DNA from: Candidatus Spongiihabitans sp.
GTDB taxonomy: Bacteria > Pseudomonadota > Gammaproteobacteria > Arenicellales > Poriferihabitantaceae
Assembly (NCBI GenBank): GCA_965206355.1
Contig: OZ242212.1
Coordinates: 2,014,814 to 2,078,813 of the forward strand
Direction of reading: 5' to 3'
Length of the DNA stretch: 64,000 bases
Shown here: positions 36,428 to 46,596 of the stretch, piece by piece
Layout of the letters: the number at the start of each line of letters is the position of its first letter
How positions within the stretch are numbered: position 1 is the first letter of the stretch
Position numbers and translations under genes: made by a program
Notes under the pieces: model-generated
Told to the model about the DNA's origin: nothing
Database searches by the model: none
Seen by the model: only the letters and a program-made list of their open reading frames with translations

Positions 36428-37921
36428 TTAAAAAGAGCTTGAAAACGGTGCAATCAAATATTTTTCGTTTAACCGATCTAATAATGCAACAGCTATTTTC
36501 AAATCTCCAGCGATCATATTCACTGCCTTTTTATCCGCATTATTATAGTCATAGCCCGAACCACCGAAAGCCTGTTGCATTTTCTCTTGGGCGAGATCAA
36601 TAATTTCTGCCGAGACCTCGCTATGTGTTTGCCGTAGTCGGGAATACATCGCGGATAAAACAGTAACTGCCACATATTCAGCATGCCATTCCCGAACACC
36701 GCTGAACGCATAACAGTGAATCCCATTGAACTCCTTCCAAATTTGTCGTTTCGCCTGCTCTGATGTCAAGCGTTTTCCCTGCTCACATATTCGTCGGGCA
36801 ATGGTCGCCAGCTCACAGTTTTTATAAATTTCAACGGGCACAAATTCTTCTTCATCATGATTAACATAGCCGTAATCCGGCAGTTCATCTTTAACCTTAC
36901 TGGTGTTAATTTGCCATCCAAGCTGATTGACATAAGCGACAAAGGCAGTCGGTTGCTGGTGCCTGTTATGCGCCAGCAATGCGGTCTGATTTTGTGGGTA
37001 GTCCATGGCGTTTTGCAGCACATGTGTCCATTCATGAATTACCGTCATCAAGGTCGCTATGCGATTGGCGGGGCTTGCTGAAATATCGCTTATGCTTTTC
37101 CGATAGATAATGATTTGCCCATTCACTGGCGACACTTCGGCAACGACACTATCATCAGAAACAACATCATATTGCAGTGCTGTGGTAACACTCCGAGCAT
37201 TCGCTTTCAGATTATATTTCGGGTACTGACCAGCAAAGATATTCAACACATCATTCACCAGATCAGCAATTTCAGGTGTGAATCTATAATCATTCTGCAC
37301 ATAAACAAGACCATATTGCTTGAATACTGAAAGTTGGGCATCAATCAAGTCGTGATTTTTTTGTTTTACGAAATCAAAGCGGTTGCTATTTGACCAATCC
37401 AGATGGTCTGGTAAGCCATCCTGATCTGCATCATTTTTATCTATTTTGTCCTGAATGGGTGCTGCTGTTTGCGGTCTCGGATCAAATAAATTACTGATAC
37501 CATCATTATCTGCATCGGTATCATTGGCTAAAAATGCCCCTTCCCCCTTGATTCTAAAATCCAGAACACCATCACCATCGCTATCCAGAAATGCCAGCAT
37601 CCTTAACATTTTCGGCTTGAAATACGTCTTGAAAAACAGCTGATCGTTACGTTTCAATTGATCAAACCGGTGTTGTGCCCGTTCATATTGAGCCGCCGTC
37701 ATACAAGTGAGTCGTGTTTTTTCTGCGACAGACTTGTTTCCACCATGATAGACATTGAGCAAACTTTTTAGCTGTTGTGTCGTCTGTTCAGTCCAATCAA
37801 GACACTTCGTCAAGGCAGAGGTTGTTGAATTTAGCAATCCACTCTCTGCCATCATCGGACTTGTAAGACATAAAAAAGCAATCATTGCCGAGATTGAAAA
37901 GGTTACGCAGTAATTACTCAT
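36428..37921 (-). CDS. secreted putative zinc metalloprotease with thrombospondin type 3-like Ca-binding repeats
   Basis: Signal-like N-terminus; Asp-rich repeats DSDGDGVLD, DTDADNDGISNLFD and DKNDADQDGLPD; HExxH motif VIHEWTHVLQ. The ORF is open to 37951; the MSNYCV start is preferred. Confidence 0.5.
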   Translation of the reverse strand: MSNYCVTFSISAMIAFLCLTSPMMAESGLLNSTTSALTKCLDWTEQTTQQLKSLLNVYHGGNKSVAEKTRLTCMTAAQYERAQHRFDQLKRNDQLFFKTYFKPKMLRMLAFLDSDGDGVLDFRIKGEGAFLANDTDADNDGISNLFDPRPQTAAPIQDKIDKNDADQDGLPDHLDWSNSNRFDFVKQKNHDLIDAQLSVFKQYGLVYVQNDYRFTPEIADLVNDVLNIFAGQYPKYNLKANARSVTTALQYDVVSDDSVVAEVSPVNGQIIIYRKSISDISASPANRIATLMTVIHEWTHVLQNAMDYPQNQTALLAHNRHQQPTAFVAYVNQLGWQINTSKVKDELPDYGYVNHDEEEFVPVEIYKNCELATIARRICEQGKRLTSEQAKRQIWKEFNGIHCYAFSGVREWHAEYVAVTVLSAMYSRLRQTHSEVSAEIIDLAQEKMQQAFGGSGYDYNNADKKAVNMIAGDLKIAVALLDRLNEKYLIAPFSSSF

Positions 37922-38367
37922 AGACCGTATCTTACACCTACATTTGTACATTGGCAGTATTTTTCGTTTTTATCCTTACCATCTTTCACAGTAATTTGTT
38001 GAGTTATAACCGAATCTGGTATCTGATGGGTTGAAAAAAAGCGGCGTATCTGGTTGATTGGAAGTTATCAAACAAGAAAATGTAGTACCCCCACAAATCA
38101 ACCGAAAGGCCACCGAGAAAATCAGGACGCCCTCACCTGACACAAAACAGCTATAAAAATCACGATAAATTGAGGAAATTTTGATGTAAAAAAAGTCAAA
38201 ATTAGGTTAATATTCATTGGACTTGGTGCGGTTGATTGTTTACTATCCGTCCGTCCAAATTTATCTAAATCTGCACAGCGATATTTAAGCTCTATTTATT
38301 TAGAGATAATAAAGTATCCAACAGCGCAGCGAAAAATCCACTCATCAATCCGGAGGTTAAAACTCGA

Positions 38368-38610
38368 ATGAGCGATATTGAAGAACGTGTAAAAAAAGTT
38401 GTTATTGAACAGCTTGGTGTCAATGAAGATCAAGTTACTCTGGAGGCATCTTTTGTTGATGACCTCGGTGCAGATTCGCTGGATACAGTAGAATTGGTCA
38501 TGGCATTGGAAGAGGAATTTGATGCTGAAATTCCTGATGATAAAGCAGAAACGATCACCCGAGTAAAAGATGCAGTAGATTACATTAAGGCTTCAATCGC
38601 CAGCGCATGA
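38368..38610 (+). CDS. acpP: acyl carrier protein
   Basis: 80-aa ORF starting [12 protein letters not shown], with phosphopantetheine site [21 protein letters not shown]. Confidence 0.95.
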   Translation: MSDIEERVKKVVIEQLGVNEDQVTLEASFVDDLGADSLDTVELVMALEEEFDAEIPDDKAETITRVKDAVDYIKASIASA

Positions 38611-38676
38611 ACAGTCCACTATTGCTCAAATCAAACCGTATTTGATAACCCCGTATTTGAGGCTGCAAATCAAATC

Positions 38677-38712
38677 AAACCGCTACCCGCTACGTCTCGG
38701 GTAGCGGTTTTT
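38677..38712 (+). terminator. rho-independent terminator downstream of acpP
   Basis: Perfect 12-bp stem AAACCGCTACCC / GGGTAGCGGTTT with a 10-nt loop, running into a T tract. Confidence 0.7.
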
Positions 38713-38896
38713 GCGTTCTGATCTTCGCCCATTAAGATTGACAGCGTTTTTTCCGAGCGCGAAGGCTCTGCAAACAACGTTGATTGACTATTGGAATAAT
38801 AGCATCAAGACCGGGCATGTCTGCGTTTGCTGGCCGACCATATCCGTACTAAACAACCTGCATCGCCCGGCATAACAGTCAAAATCATATGACAGT

Positions 38897-39035
38897 GAGA
38901 CCTTTGCACGGAAGATGGTTTCGCTTTCAGGCAAGGCAAAAACGCACGGAATGAGGGAGTTTATGCTTATAAATGACCGATTGAGTACGATTTTAACGCA
39001 GCATGCAGGTGAAATGGCTTTCGTGCAAAGGTCTC
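38897..39035 (-). mobile_element. MITE copy 6 (139 bp)
   Basis: Full termini are present, in the opposite orientation to copy 7. The flanks ACAGT / AGTAG do not form a clean 5-bp duplication. Confidence 0.85.
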
Positions 39036-39079
39036 AGTAGATTAAAAACCCTTAAATCGCTACCACGACCGCTTTATTT

Positions 39080-39088
39080 TGCTATAAT
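39080..39088 (+). promoter_or_regulatory. candidate extended -10 promoter element for ssrA
   Basis: TGCTATAAT (TGnTATAAT) lies 18 nt upstream of the tmRNA 5' end. No good -35 was seen. Confidence 0.4.
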
Positions 39089-39105
39089 CAGGACTCTTTC
39101 TTTTT

Positions 39106-39462
39106 GGGGGTGACTGGCTTCGACGTTGGTCGCGAAACCATTGGAGCATGTCGAGGTGTAGAGTTCCTCGTAAATCCAGCTACACAACATTAGTTGCCAA
39201 CGACGACAACTACGCACTAGCCGCTTAAGCCGGTTAGTCCTTTCGCTTGGCTCGCTTTTAGGCTGAGGTTTGAAAGGTCATCTTATAAAAGCTCGCTAGT
39301 CAGTTCTGCTCGTTAGCTGACGGTTAAAACCAATCGGGCTCGCCGACCTGTTTGCTTCGTCTGCCTGCTGGCAAGTCGGTTAACTTAAAGTGCAGACTAA
39401 GCATGTAGTGCCGATGTGTGTAGGATCTGCGGACGCGGGTTCAATTCCCGCCACCTCCACCA
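39106..39462 (+). ncRNA. ssrA: transfer-messenger RNA (tmRNA)
   Basis: 5' GGGGGTGACTGGCTTCGACG. Tag reading frame at 39196-39228: GCC AAC GAC GAC AAC TAC GCA CTA GCC GCT TAA, giving ANDDNYALAA. 3' tRNA-like end GGACGCGGGTTCAATTCCCGCCACCTCCACCA. Confidence 0.9.
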
Positions 39463-39467
39463 TAATC

Positions 39468-39494
39468 ACTGGTTTTTGTTCCTGAAAAACCAGT
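39468..39494 (+). terminator. stem-loop after ssrA (possible terminator)
   Basis: 10-bp stem ACTGGTTTTT / AAAAACCAGT with a 7-nt loop, 6 nt after the tmRNA CCA end. No trailing T tract. Confidence 0.35.
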
Positions 39495-39682
39495 ATTCCC
39501 GATCTCCACAGTGGAGACGATGCGGGAAACAAACACCGTCTTAGCCCGAAAAGCGAAGGCGGTTTTTTGTTTTGATTAGTGGTTGTTAGAGGATATAGCC
39601 AACCGTAATGACATAACATTATCCATCACATTCTGACTGTGGACAGGTTTGTTCAAAAGTTCAAGCACTATAGTGCATCCTC

Positions 39683-41935
39683 TCAACGCTTGGTAATATC
39701 AAACCCGAGTTTATCTTTATCCCGTTTAACGACAACATGCCCACCTTTTGCCAGTTTTCCAAATAACAGTTCTTCGGCAAGAGGTTGTTTAATTTGTTGC
39801 TGGATTAGTCGCGCCATGGGTCGCGCTCCCATCGCTGAATCATAGCCCTGTTCGGCTAACCAAGCGATGGCATCGTCATTCACTTCCAGTACGACATCTT
39901 TTTCTACAAGTTGTTGTCCCAGTTCCAGAACAAATTTTTTAACGACATGGATAATGGTTTTATTGTCGAGTCCGTTGAAGCGAATGATGTTGTCCAAGCG
40001 ATTGCGAAACTCAGGAGAGAACATTTTTTTAACCACTTCCATATCATCAACACTATGATCCTGAGTAACAAAACCGATGGTCTCGTGCGCCGACTGCGCT
40101 GCTCCGGCATTGGTGGTCATGACCATGATGACATTGCGAAAATCGGATTTACGCCCATTGTTATCGGTCAAACTGCCGTAATCCATTACCTGCAACAGTA
40201 CATTAAACACATCCGGGTGAGCTTTTTCAATTTCATCGAATAATAGTACCGCATGGGGATGCTTGTTTATGGAGTCGGTAAGTAATCCGCCCTGATCAAA
40301 TCCCACATAACCCGGCGGGGCACCGATTAACCGGGCAACGGTGTGGCGTTCCATATACTCCGACATATCAAAGCGTATAAATTCTATCCCCAATGCATTG
40401 GCGAGTTGTTTGGTTACTTCGGTTTTACCGACACCAGTAGGTCCGGAAAACAAAAAGGAGGCAATCGGTTTATCGGCAGTACCGATTCCGGCCCGTGCCA
40501 TTTTGATAGATGATGCCAGTGCGCTTATTGCCGTGTCCTGACCAAATATCAGCATTTTCAGATCGCGTTCGAGATTTTTCAGCGACTTCAAATCCGATGC
40601 CGAAACATGCTTGGGTGGAATTCGGGCAATATCCGCAATCATACTTTCTATTTCTTTAACCCCGATGGTTTTCTTACGCGACTTCTCATCACTCAAGCGC
40701 GTTTTCGCACCCGCCTCATCAATGACATCAATCGCGGTGTCTGGCAACTGTCGTTCGGACAAATGACGTGCCGACAGTTCAACAGCGGAGCGTAACGCCG
40801 GATTGGTATATTTAACGCCGTGGTGTTGCTCAAAGGCACGCTTTAGACCTCGTAAAATATCTACTGCCTCATCAATGCTCGGTTCAACAATATCAATCTT
40901 CTGGAAGCGGCGCGACAAGGCGCGGTCTTTTTCAAAAATATGACGATATTCACTGTAGGTGGTCGAACCAATACATTTCAATTCTCCCGATGCCAGCATC
41001 GGCTTGAGCAGGTTGGACGCATCCAACACACCCCCAGAAACCGCGCCTGCCCCGATGATGGTATGAATCTCATCAATGAACAGAATTGATCCCGTCTGTT
41101 GCTCTAATGCCTTCAAGACCGCTTTCAGTCTTTGCTCAAAATCCCCGCGATATTTCGCACCTGCTAACAATGCACCCATGTCCAGGCTATAAATTGTGCA
41201 TTCTGATAATATATTCGGTACTTGTTTTTCAACGATTTTTCGCGCCAGCCCTTCCGCCATGGCGGTTTTTCCGACTCCGGCTTCTCCGACAAACAACGGG
41301 TTGTTTTTACGGCGACGGCACAGTATCTGAACCGTTCTTTCCAATTCCTTCTGCCTGCCAATCAGTGAATCTATTTTGCCATCAACGGCGAGTTGATTCA
41401 GGTTCAGGGTATATGCTTGCAGAGGCACGTCAATATCATCCTGCTCCTGATGATCACCCTCCTCTTCATCTGGCGCAGGTAAACGATCACCTTGCGGCAC
41501 TTTGCTTATACCGTGCGAAAGATAATTCACGACATCGTATCGGGTAATTTCCTGCTGGCTAAGAAAATAAACCGCATAGGATTCTTTTTCACTAAAAACG
41601 GCTACCAGCACATTGTTTCCCTTCACTTCCAGAGTGCCGGAACTCTGGCTGGAATTTTGTACATGTATAATGGCGCGTTGTAAAACTCGTTGAAAACCAA
41701 GCCCTGGCTGCGGCTCGGCATCCTCTGGAATCAATGGAATTGCGTTGTTCAGATACTCTGCCAGAGACTTGCCAAGAATGTCGGTATTGCCGCCGCATGA
41801 GGTGATAGTCTTTCTGGTTTCCTTATCGTCAAGCAGTGAATACAGCAGATGCTCAACCGTAATAATTTCATGGTGTTCTTTGCGCGCCAATGTAACGGCG
41901 TTGCCAAGGGCAATTTCCAATTGTTCTGAAAACAT
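39683..41935 (-). CDS. clpA: ATP-dependent Clp protease ATP-binding subunit ClpA
   Basis: 750-aa ORF with two AAA+ modules (GEAGVGKTA and GPTGVGKTE) and an N-terminal Clp repeat; lies downstream of clpS. Confidence 0.95.
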   Translation of the reverse strand: MFSEQLEIALGNAVTLARKEHHEIITVEHLLYSLLDDKETRKTITSCGGNTDILGKSLAEYLNNAIPLIPEDAEPQPGLGFQRVLQRAIIHVQNSSQSSGTLEVKGNNVLVAVFSEKESYAVYFLSQQEITRYDVVNYLSHGISKVPQGDRLPAPDEEEGDHQEQDDIDVPLQAYTLNLNQLAVDGKIDSLIGRQKELERTVQILCRRRKNNPLFVGEAGVGKTAMAEGLARKIVEKQVPNILSECTIYSLDMGALLAGAKYRGDFEQRLKAVLKALEQQTGSILFIDEIHTIIGAGAVSGGVLDASNLLKPMLASGELKCIGSTTYSEYRHIFEKDRALSRRFQKIDIVEPSIDEAVDILRGLKRAFEQHHGVKYTNPALRSAVELSARHLSERQLPDTAIDVIDEAGAKTRLSDEKSRKKTIGVKEIESMIADIARIPPKHVSASDLKSLKNLERDLKMLIFGQDTAISALASSIKMARAGIGTADKPIASFLFSGPTGVGKTEVTKQLANALGIEFIRFDMSEYMERHTVARLIGAPPGYVGFDQGGLLTDSINKHPHAVLLFDEIEKAHPDVFNVLLQVMDYGSLTDNNGRKSDFRNVIMVMTTNAGAAQSAHETIGFVTQDHSVDDMEVVKKMFSPEFRNRLDNIIRFNGLDNKTIIHVVKKFVLELGQQLVEKDVVLEVNDDAIAWLAEQGYDSAMGARPMARLIQQQIKQPLAEELLFGKLAKGGHVVVKRDKDKLGFDITKR

Positions 41936-41971
41936 TTCGTCAAGACTCCAACGGTATAAGCGGGAAAGGCA

Positions 41972-42358
41972 TCAGTTTTTTTCCATCGTACACTGTAACG
42001 GATGCTGATTTTCGCCGGCAAAATCAGTTACGATGCGCACCTTTGTTTCGGCAATTTCTTTTGGGAAAACCCCGCAGACACCCATGCCTTTAGTATGCAC
42101 ATGAATCATAACGCGTTCAGCTTGCTCCTGACTCATACTGAAAAAACGTATCAGTATAATCACCACAAACTCCATAGGCGTATAATCATCATTCAATAAC
42201 AGCACTTTATACAGTGGCGGTTTTTTAGGTTTTGGTTTCGACTTCTCTGCAACCAGATCGGTTACGATGATAGCACCCTGCCCCGTCCTCGCGCCTGAGT
42301 GCTGACCCGTATTATCTCCGCCACAATGCGGTGGCGTTTTCGATGGCTGTTTGTTCAT
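41972..42358 (-). CDS. clpS: ATP-dependent Clp protease adaptor ClpS
   Basis: Core sequence [47 protein letters not shown]. The N-terminal extension makes the start uncertain. Confidence 0.9.
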   Translation of the reverse strand: MNKQPSKTPPHCGGDNTGQHSGARTGQGAIIVTDLVAEKSKPKPKKPPLYKVLLLNDDYTPMEFVVIILIRFFSMSQEQAERVMIHVHTKGMGVCGVFPKEIAETKVRIVTDFAGENQHPLQCTMEKN

Positions 42359-42396
42359 TAGCTGTTATTGCCTGATAATTTGACGGCACCTAGCCA

Positions 42397-42768
42397 CTAG
42401 GCGGCACCGCTACCACAGCCACCACACGCACCACTACCACCGACAGCTTGAAAAACATTGTTAAACACAAAAGTAGCGTTGACGCCATCATCGGCATAGT
42501 CAATTTCAGCGCCACGGAGAAAACTTAACGCAACCGGATCAACCACCAATCTGAAACCGTTTTCGCCACTCATCGTACTATCACTGACGACATCATTTTC
42601 GGCAAATGTCATGCCATAATTCATTCCGGAACAACCGCCACCCGAAACAAAAATACGCACCGCTGAAGCATCTCCATGGGTGTCGTTAATCAAATTCGCT
42701 ATTTTGCTTCTCGCACTCTCAGTAACCGACAGGTCTGATTCAGCAAGAATCTGTTTGTATTCATTCAT
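42397..42768 (-). CDS. iron-sulfur cluster insertion protein (IscA/ErpA/HesB family)
   Basis: VRIFVSGGGCSGMNYGMTF plus a C-terminal Cys pair ACGGCG. Confidence 0.75.
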   Translation of the reverse strand: MNEYKQILAESDLSVTESARSKIANLINDTHGDASAVRIFVSGGGCSGMNYGMTFAENDVVSDSTMSGENGFRLVVDPVALSFLRGAEIDYADDGVNATFVFNNVFQAVGGSGACGGCGSGAA

Positions 42769-42917
42769 TTGTTTAGTACCTCGTGCTGCTGTTAAAACGG
42801 TTATCTATTAAAAAATCACATCAATACAGATGGCGACCTTATACCCATAATCAAGGCATCGCCATAGGTATGACCTCAAGGAAAGCAACTTAATTCCCCA
42901 GCCATTCAACATAAGCC

Positions 42918-43691
42918 CTACCTGCGCGCTGTCGAAAATAGCTGGAAAAAATTATCGGTGGTCGTGGCTGCCAGTTGCTCAATCGGCTCATTACGAATTT
43001 GCGCCAATAATTCAGCGGTATGTTTGATATAGCTCGGTTCATTGGTTTTACCGCGAACCGGTACTGGAGCCAGATAAGGTGCATCAGTCTCTATTAACAG
43101 GTACTCCAGCGGTATTTTTTTTGCCAAATCTCGTAAAGATTTGGCATTTTTGAAAGTAACAATACCCGAAAAAGAAATGTAAAAACCGATGTTCAGGGCA
43201 CGTTTTGCGGTAGGCCAATCTTCGCCGAAACAGTGCATCACCCCACCGCAGGATGCTGCGCCACAACCTTCAAGCATATCCATCGTCTCATTTGCTGCCG
43301 CTCTGGTATGGATAATCAATGGTTTTTGAGCGGTTTTTGCAGCTTCAATGTGGTTTTCAAAGCGTTGTCGTTGCCTGTCTAATCCAGCTTCGCTACGGAA
43401 GTAATCCAATCCAGTTTCGCCGATGGCGACCACATTCGGATTTTCTGCCAATGCTACAAGTGTCTCGCAATCGGGGTCATGGCATTCGCTGGCATTCGGA
43501 TGTACACCGACTGATGAAAAAATATGTGCATAATTTGCCGACAGTTTTTCAATCTGCGGATAGTCCTCCAGATTAACGGCGACACATAACATATAGTCAA
43601 CATGATTGCTGCGCGCCCGCTCCAGCACGCCGTCCAAGTCTTGCGATAGGGCTTCAAAATTGATATGACAGTGAGAATCGACCAGTTGCAT
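42918..43691 (-). CDS. TatD-family metal-dependent hydrolase (YcfH-like)
   Basis: Starts MQLVDSHCHINF, with IGETGLDY, HTR and ETDAPYL motifs; sits in the conserved position after holB. Confidence 0.85.
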   Translation of the reverse strand: MQLVDSHCHINFEALSQDLDGVLERARSNHVDYMLCVAVNLEDYPQIEKLSANYAHIFSSVGVHPNASECHDPDCETLVALAENPNVVAIGETGLDYFRSEAGLDRQRQRFENHIEAAKTAQKPLIIHTRAAANETMDMLEGCGAASCGGVMHCFGEDWPTAKRALNIGFYISFSGIVTFKNAKSLRDLAKKIPLEYLLIETDAPYLAPVPVRGKTNEPSYIKHTAELLAQIRNEPIEQLAATTTDNFFQLFSTARR

Positions 43692-43727
43692 CTTTAATCG
43701 CGGTTTGACAGGGTTCTGAATATTCGC

Positions 43728-44825
43728 TCAATGCCGAGCAAGGGCGGTGGTTACAGCACAAGCCGTTACCACAACCCGTTGAAAAATCAACACCAAATCT
43801 TCAAGAGCAAGTTGCTCATTAAGTGGCTCGCGAGCAATACGCCGATAATAACTTATTCTATCATAAAGGCGATACAGTCTTTCAACAGAGGTTTTACGGA
43901 CATCAATACCCATACCCTTCGGCCAATGCGCTTCGACATTGCTCACGCAGCACTTTATCAGTCTGGCAACAAAACGATGTAGCCAGAGTAATAGCGGCTC
44001 AAAATCCAATTTGTTAAGCTGAGCGGCAAGATCGACCGCACTAATCTGCCCTGCCACTATCTCGGAAAAGCCTTTAAGACACTGTTGATGGTGTTGCAAA
44101 AAGCCATTGTCCACTAATTGTCGCGCCTCCAGCGGGCATCCATTTGCCAGCGTTAATGCCAATTCAGCCTGCTCTTCGTTAAGGTCTTGTGCGAGCAACG
44201 CCAAGGCACTTTCCCAATCTGGGACAGTCAGATTATGTGTCATGCAGCGACTGCGAATGGTTGCTGGCAAGTGGCTGGGGTTTGCAGTAACCAGAATAAA
44301 AATTGAACCCGGTGGTGGTTCTTCAAGTAATTTTAACAAAGCATTCGCCGCATTGATATTCAGACAATCCGCTGGCAGGATGAGGGCAACTCTGATACTC
44401 GAAATATGTGCATGAGTGGTGAACCGTTCTATCAATTCCCGCACCTGATCAATGGCAATAATGCGACTGTATTTTTTCTTTTTTTCTCTTTCCTTGCTAT
44501 CCAAATAACGGTTACTGTATGCCCCTAACAGTGGCAAGCGACCTTCGGTAGCTTCCAACTCACTGCTTAAAACATGCAAGTCGGGATGGCTTCCAGCAGC
44601 AAATAATTGGCAATTCTGACACTGCCCACACACGACATTGCGCGCTGATTGCGTTGACGAATCGATCTCTTCTGTCACTTCAGAACATAACAGGTATTGA
44701 CATAGTGCAAGCGCAAATTCGCGCTTGCCGATACCCGATTGTCCGCTTATTAAAAGACCATGATGCAACCTGCTCTTGTCTTTGCTGAGCTGTTTCCAAT
44801 CCGATTGTTGCCACGAAAAGATCAT
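43728..44825 (-). CDS. holB: DNA polymerase III subunit delta'
   Basis: HHGLLISGQSGIGKREFA, zinc module CGQCQNCQLFAAGSHPDL, and LLKLLEEPP. Confidence 0.8.
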   Translation of the reverse strand: MIFSWQQSDWKQLSKDKSRLHHGLLISGQSGIGKREFALALCQYLLCSEVTEEIDSSTQSARNVVCGQCQNCQLFAAGSHPDLHVLSSELEATEGRLPLLGAYSNRYLDSKEREKKKKYSRIIAIDQVRELIERFTTHAHISSIRVALILPADCLNINAANALLKLLEEPPPGSIFILVTANPSHLPATIRSRCMTHNLTVPDWESALALLAQDLNEEQAELALTLANGCPLEARQLVDNGFLQHHQQCLKGFSEIVAGQISAVDLAAQLNKLDFEPLLLWLHRFVARLIKCCVSNVEAHWPKGMGIDVRKTSVERLYRLYDRISYYRRIAREPLNEQLALEDLVLIFQRVVVTACAVTTALARH

Positions 44826-45520
44826 TTGTTACAAGCATGCCGTGTCATTAAAAATGCCTCAACGCTGACAATTAAATCACGTTCAACCTCCGTAATCGTC
44901 CTGTTAGCATCAAGCAACTTGATTCTTTTCGGATATTTTTTTGCACGTTGCAAATAGCGCTGACGAACCGCCTCTTTGAACGCAATGTGCTGTTGTTCAA
45001 AGCGATCACCTTTGCTGCCACGTTGTCGAGCTCGCTGCAATCCGATATCAACCGGCACATCAAGCATAATAGTGAGATCAGGTTGCAATCCATTTTGCAC
45101 CCAGTCTTCAAGCTGTTGTATGCGCCGCTCGCTAATACCTCGCCCACCTCCCTGATAGGCATAGGTCGCATCAGTAAAACGGTCGCAAAGCACATATTGA
45201 CCGGCTGCCATCGCCGGCAAAATCACCTCGTGCAGATGCTGCATCCGCGCCGCAAACATTAACATCAGCTCCGTATCATCACTTATTCTGGCACTGTTGC
45301 GGGTGTTTTTTCCGAGCTTATTGTCATACTCATCATCGTCATCAAGTAAAATTTTTCGCAGTGATTCACCCAACCGTGTTCCACCCGGTTCACGGCTGGC
45401 AATAACATCAAACTTTTTATTTATCAGCCAGTTCTGTAGATATTCAACAAGGGTGGTTTTACCCGCTCCATCAGCACCTTCAATAGTAATGAGTACACCT
45501 TTTTTGACGGTATTATTCAT
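44822..45520 (-). CDS. tmk: dTMP kinase (with an acidic ~20-aa insertion)
   Basis: P-loop ITIEGADGAGKTT, CDRFTDATYAYQGGGRG, and an extra DDDDEYDNKLGKNTRNSARISDD segment. Confidence 0.9.
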   Translation of the reverse strand: MNNTVKKGVLITIEGADGAGKTTLVEYLQNWLINKKFDVIASREPGGTRLGESLRKILLDDDDEYDNKLGKNTRNSARISDDTELMLMFAARMQHLHEVILPAMAAGQYVLCDRFTDATYAYQGGGRGISERRIQQLEDWVQNGLQPDLTIMLDVPVDIGLQRARQRGSKGDRFEQQHIAFKEAVRQRYLQRAKKYPKRIKLLDANRTITEVERDLIVSVEAFLMTRHACNK

Positions 45521-45522
45521 TA

Positions 45523-46566
45523 TTAATTCTGCTTGAAAATATATTTTCGCACTGCCGCATTGTGCTGTTTCAGCGTCTCGGAAAATTTATGCTTACCTGC
45601 ACCCATCGCCACAAAATAAAGCGACCGGGTTGTTTTCGGATGGACTGCCGCACGCAATGAATCATGTCCAGGCAGACTAATCGGCGTAGGCGGCAACCCA
45701 TATCTCGTATAGGTATTATAGGGAGTGTCTGTCTTCAGATGTTTGCGCGTGATATTACCTTTATATTCGCGTCCCAGCCCATAGATAACCGTTGGATCGG
45801 TTTGCAGACGCATACCGATTCTTAATCGGTTATTGAATACGCCAGCGATATGGGATTGCTCACTTCGATCCTGCGTTTCTTTTTCAATAATTGAAGCCAG
45901 AATCAGTGCCTGATAGCGATTTTTTATTTGCAGGTTGTCTGCGCGATTCGCCCACACTCGATCCAACTCCTCCTGCATCAGCTTAAAGGCTTCTTTATAA
46001 ACACTAATATCACTATCGCCCCTGTGGTAATGATAGGTTTCCGGGTAAAACTGCCCCTCTGGATGCAACTGCGGATGCCCCATCGCCTGCATGATTTGTT
46101 GATCGCTCCAAGACAAAGTTGTCTTTTCCAACTTCGGTGCCGCATTAATGAACGCCCGCATCTGCGCGAAGGTCCAGCCTTCAATGATAGTGATTTTTAT
46201 GCCTACCTGCCCTTTACCGCTCACCAGCCTGTGCATAAGCTCTGCCACTGAAATACCATCAGGGAAACGATATTCACCCGCTTTAACTCGGGTTTCCAGC
46301 GCATGCAATCGTGCGTATATTCTTAAACTGTAAGGTTCGTCAATAACCTGATGATCAACTAGCCGATTGACGATAGAAGTCAGCGATTCACCACGCGCAA
46401 CCAAAAAAGTCTGATTAGTAAACTTGAGCGGTTTCGATATGGTCGAGTTGTAATACCAAAATAAGCACAGCACAACAATGACTGCCAACAGGGCAACCAG
46501 CACACTGGTTTTTTTATGCCACGAGTCCAACATTGTCACCAACCCGATTATTGACCTACGTAGCAA
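45523..46566 (-). CDS. mltG: endolytic murein transglycosylase MltG (YceG-like)
   Basis: N-terminal TM anchor; motifs LASIIEKET, VFNNRL and LQTDPTVIYG; sits in mltG-tmk-holB order. Confidence 0.85.
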   Translation of the reverse strand: MLRRSIIGLVTMLDSWHKKTSVLVALLAVIVVLCLFWYYNSTISKPLKFTNQTFLVARGESLTSIVNRLVDHQVIDEPYSLRIYARLHALETRVKAGEYRFPDGISVAELMHRLVSGKGQVGIKITIIEGWTFAQMRAFINAAPKLEKTTLSWSDQQIMQAMGHPQLHPEGQFYPETYHYHRGDSDISVYKEAFKLMQEELDRVWANRADNLQIKNRYQALILASIIEKETQDRSEQSHIAGVFNNRLRIGMRLQTDPTVIYGLGREYKGNITRKHLKTDTPYNTYTRYGLPPTPISLPGHDSLRAAVHPKTTRSLYFVAMGAGKHKFSETLKQHNAAVRKYIFKQN

Positions 46567-46596
46567 TCAACAACTCCAAAGCAGCGACAGCGCTCA

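Noticed and set aside
39380-39619. 79-aa minus-strand ORF
   Set aside because: It overlaps the 3' tRNA-like end of the tmRNA gene and its terminator hairpin. There is no RBS or recognisable motif, so it is spurious.
39463-39682. Genomic island integrated at the tmRNA 3' end
   Set aside because: ssrA is a classic integration site, but it is followed immediately by the convergent housekeeping clpA. No integrase is present and no duplicated ssrA 3' segment was seen in the window.
42918-43691. TatD nuclease as part of a QatABCD-like defence system
   Set aside because: It sits in the conserved housekeeping order mltG-tmk-holB-tatD(ycfH), and there are no QatA/B/C-like neighbours.
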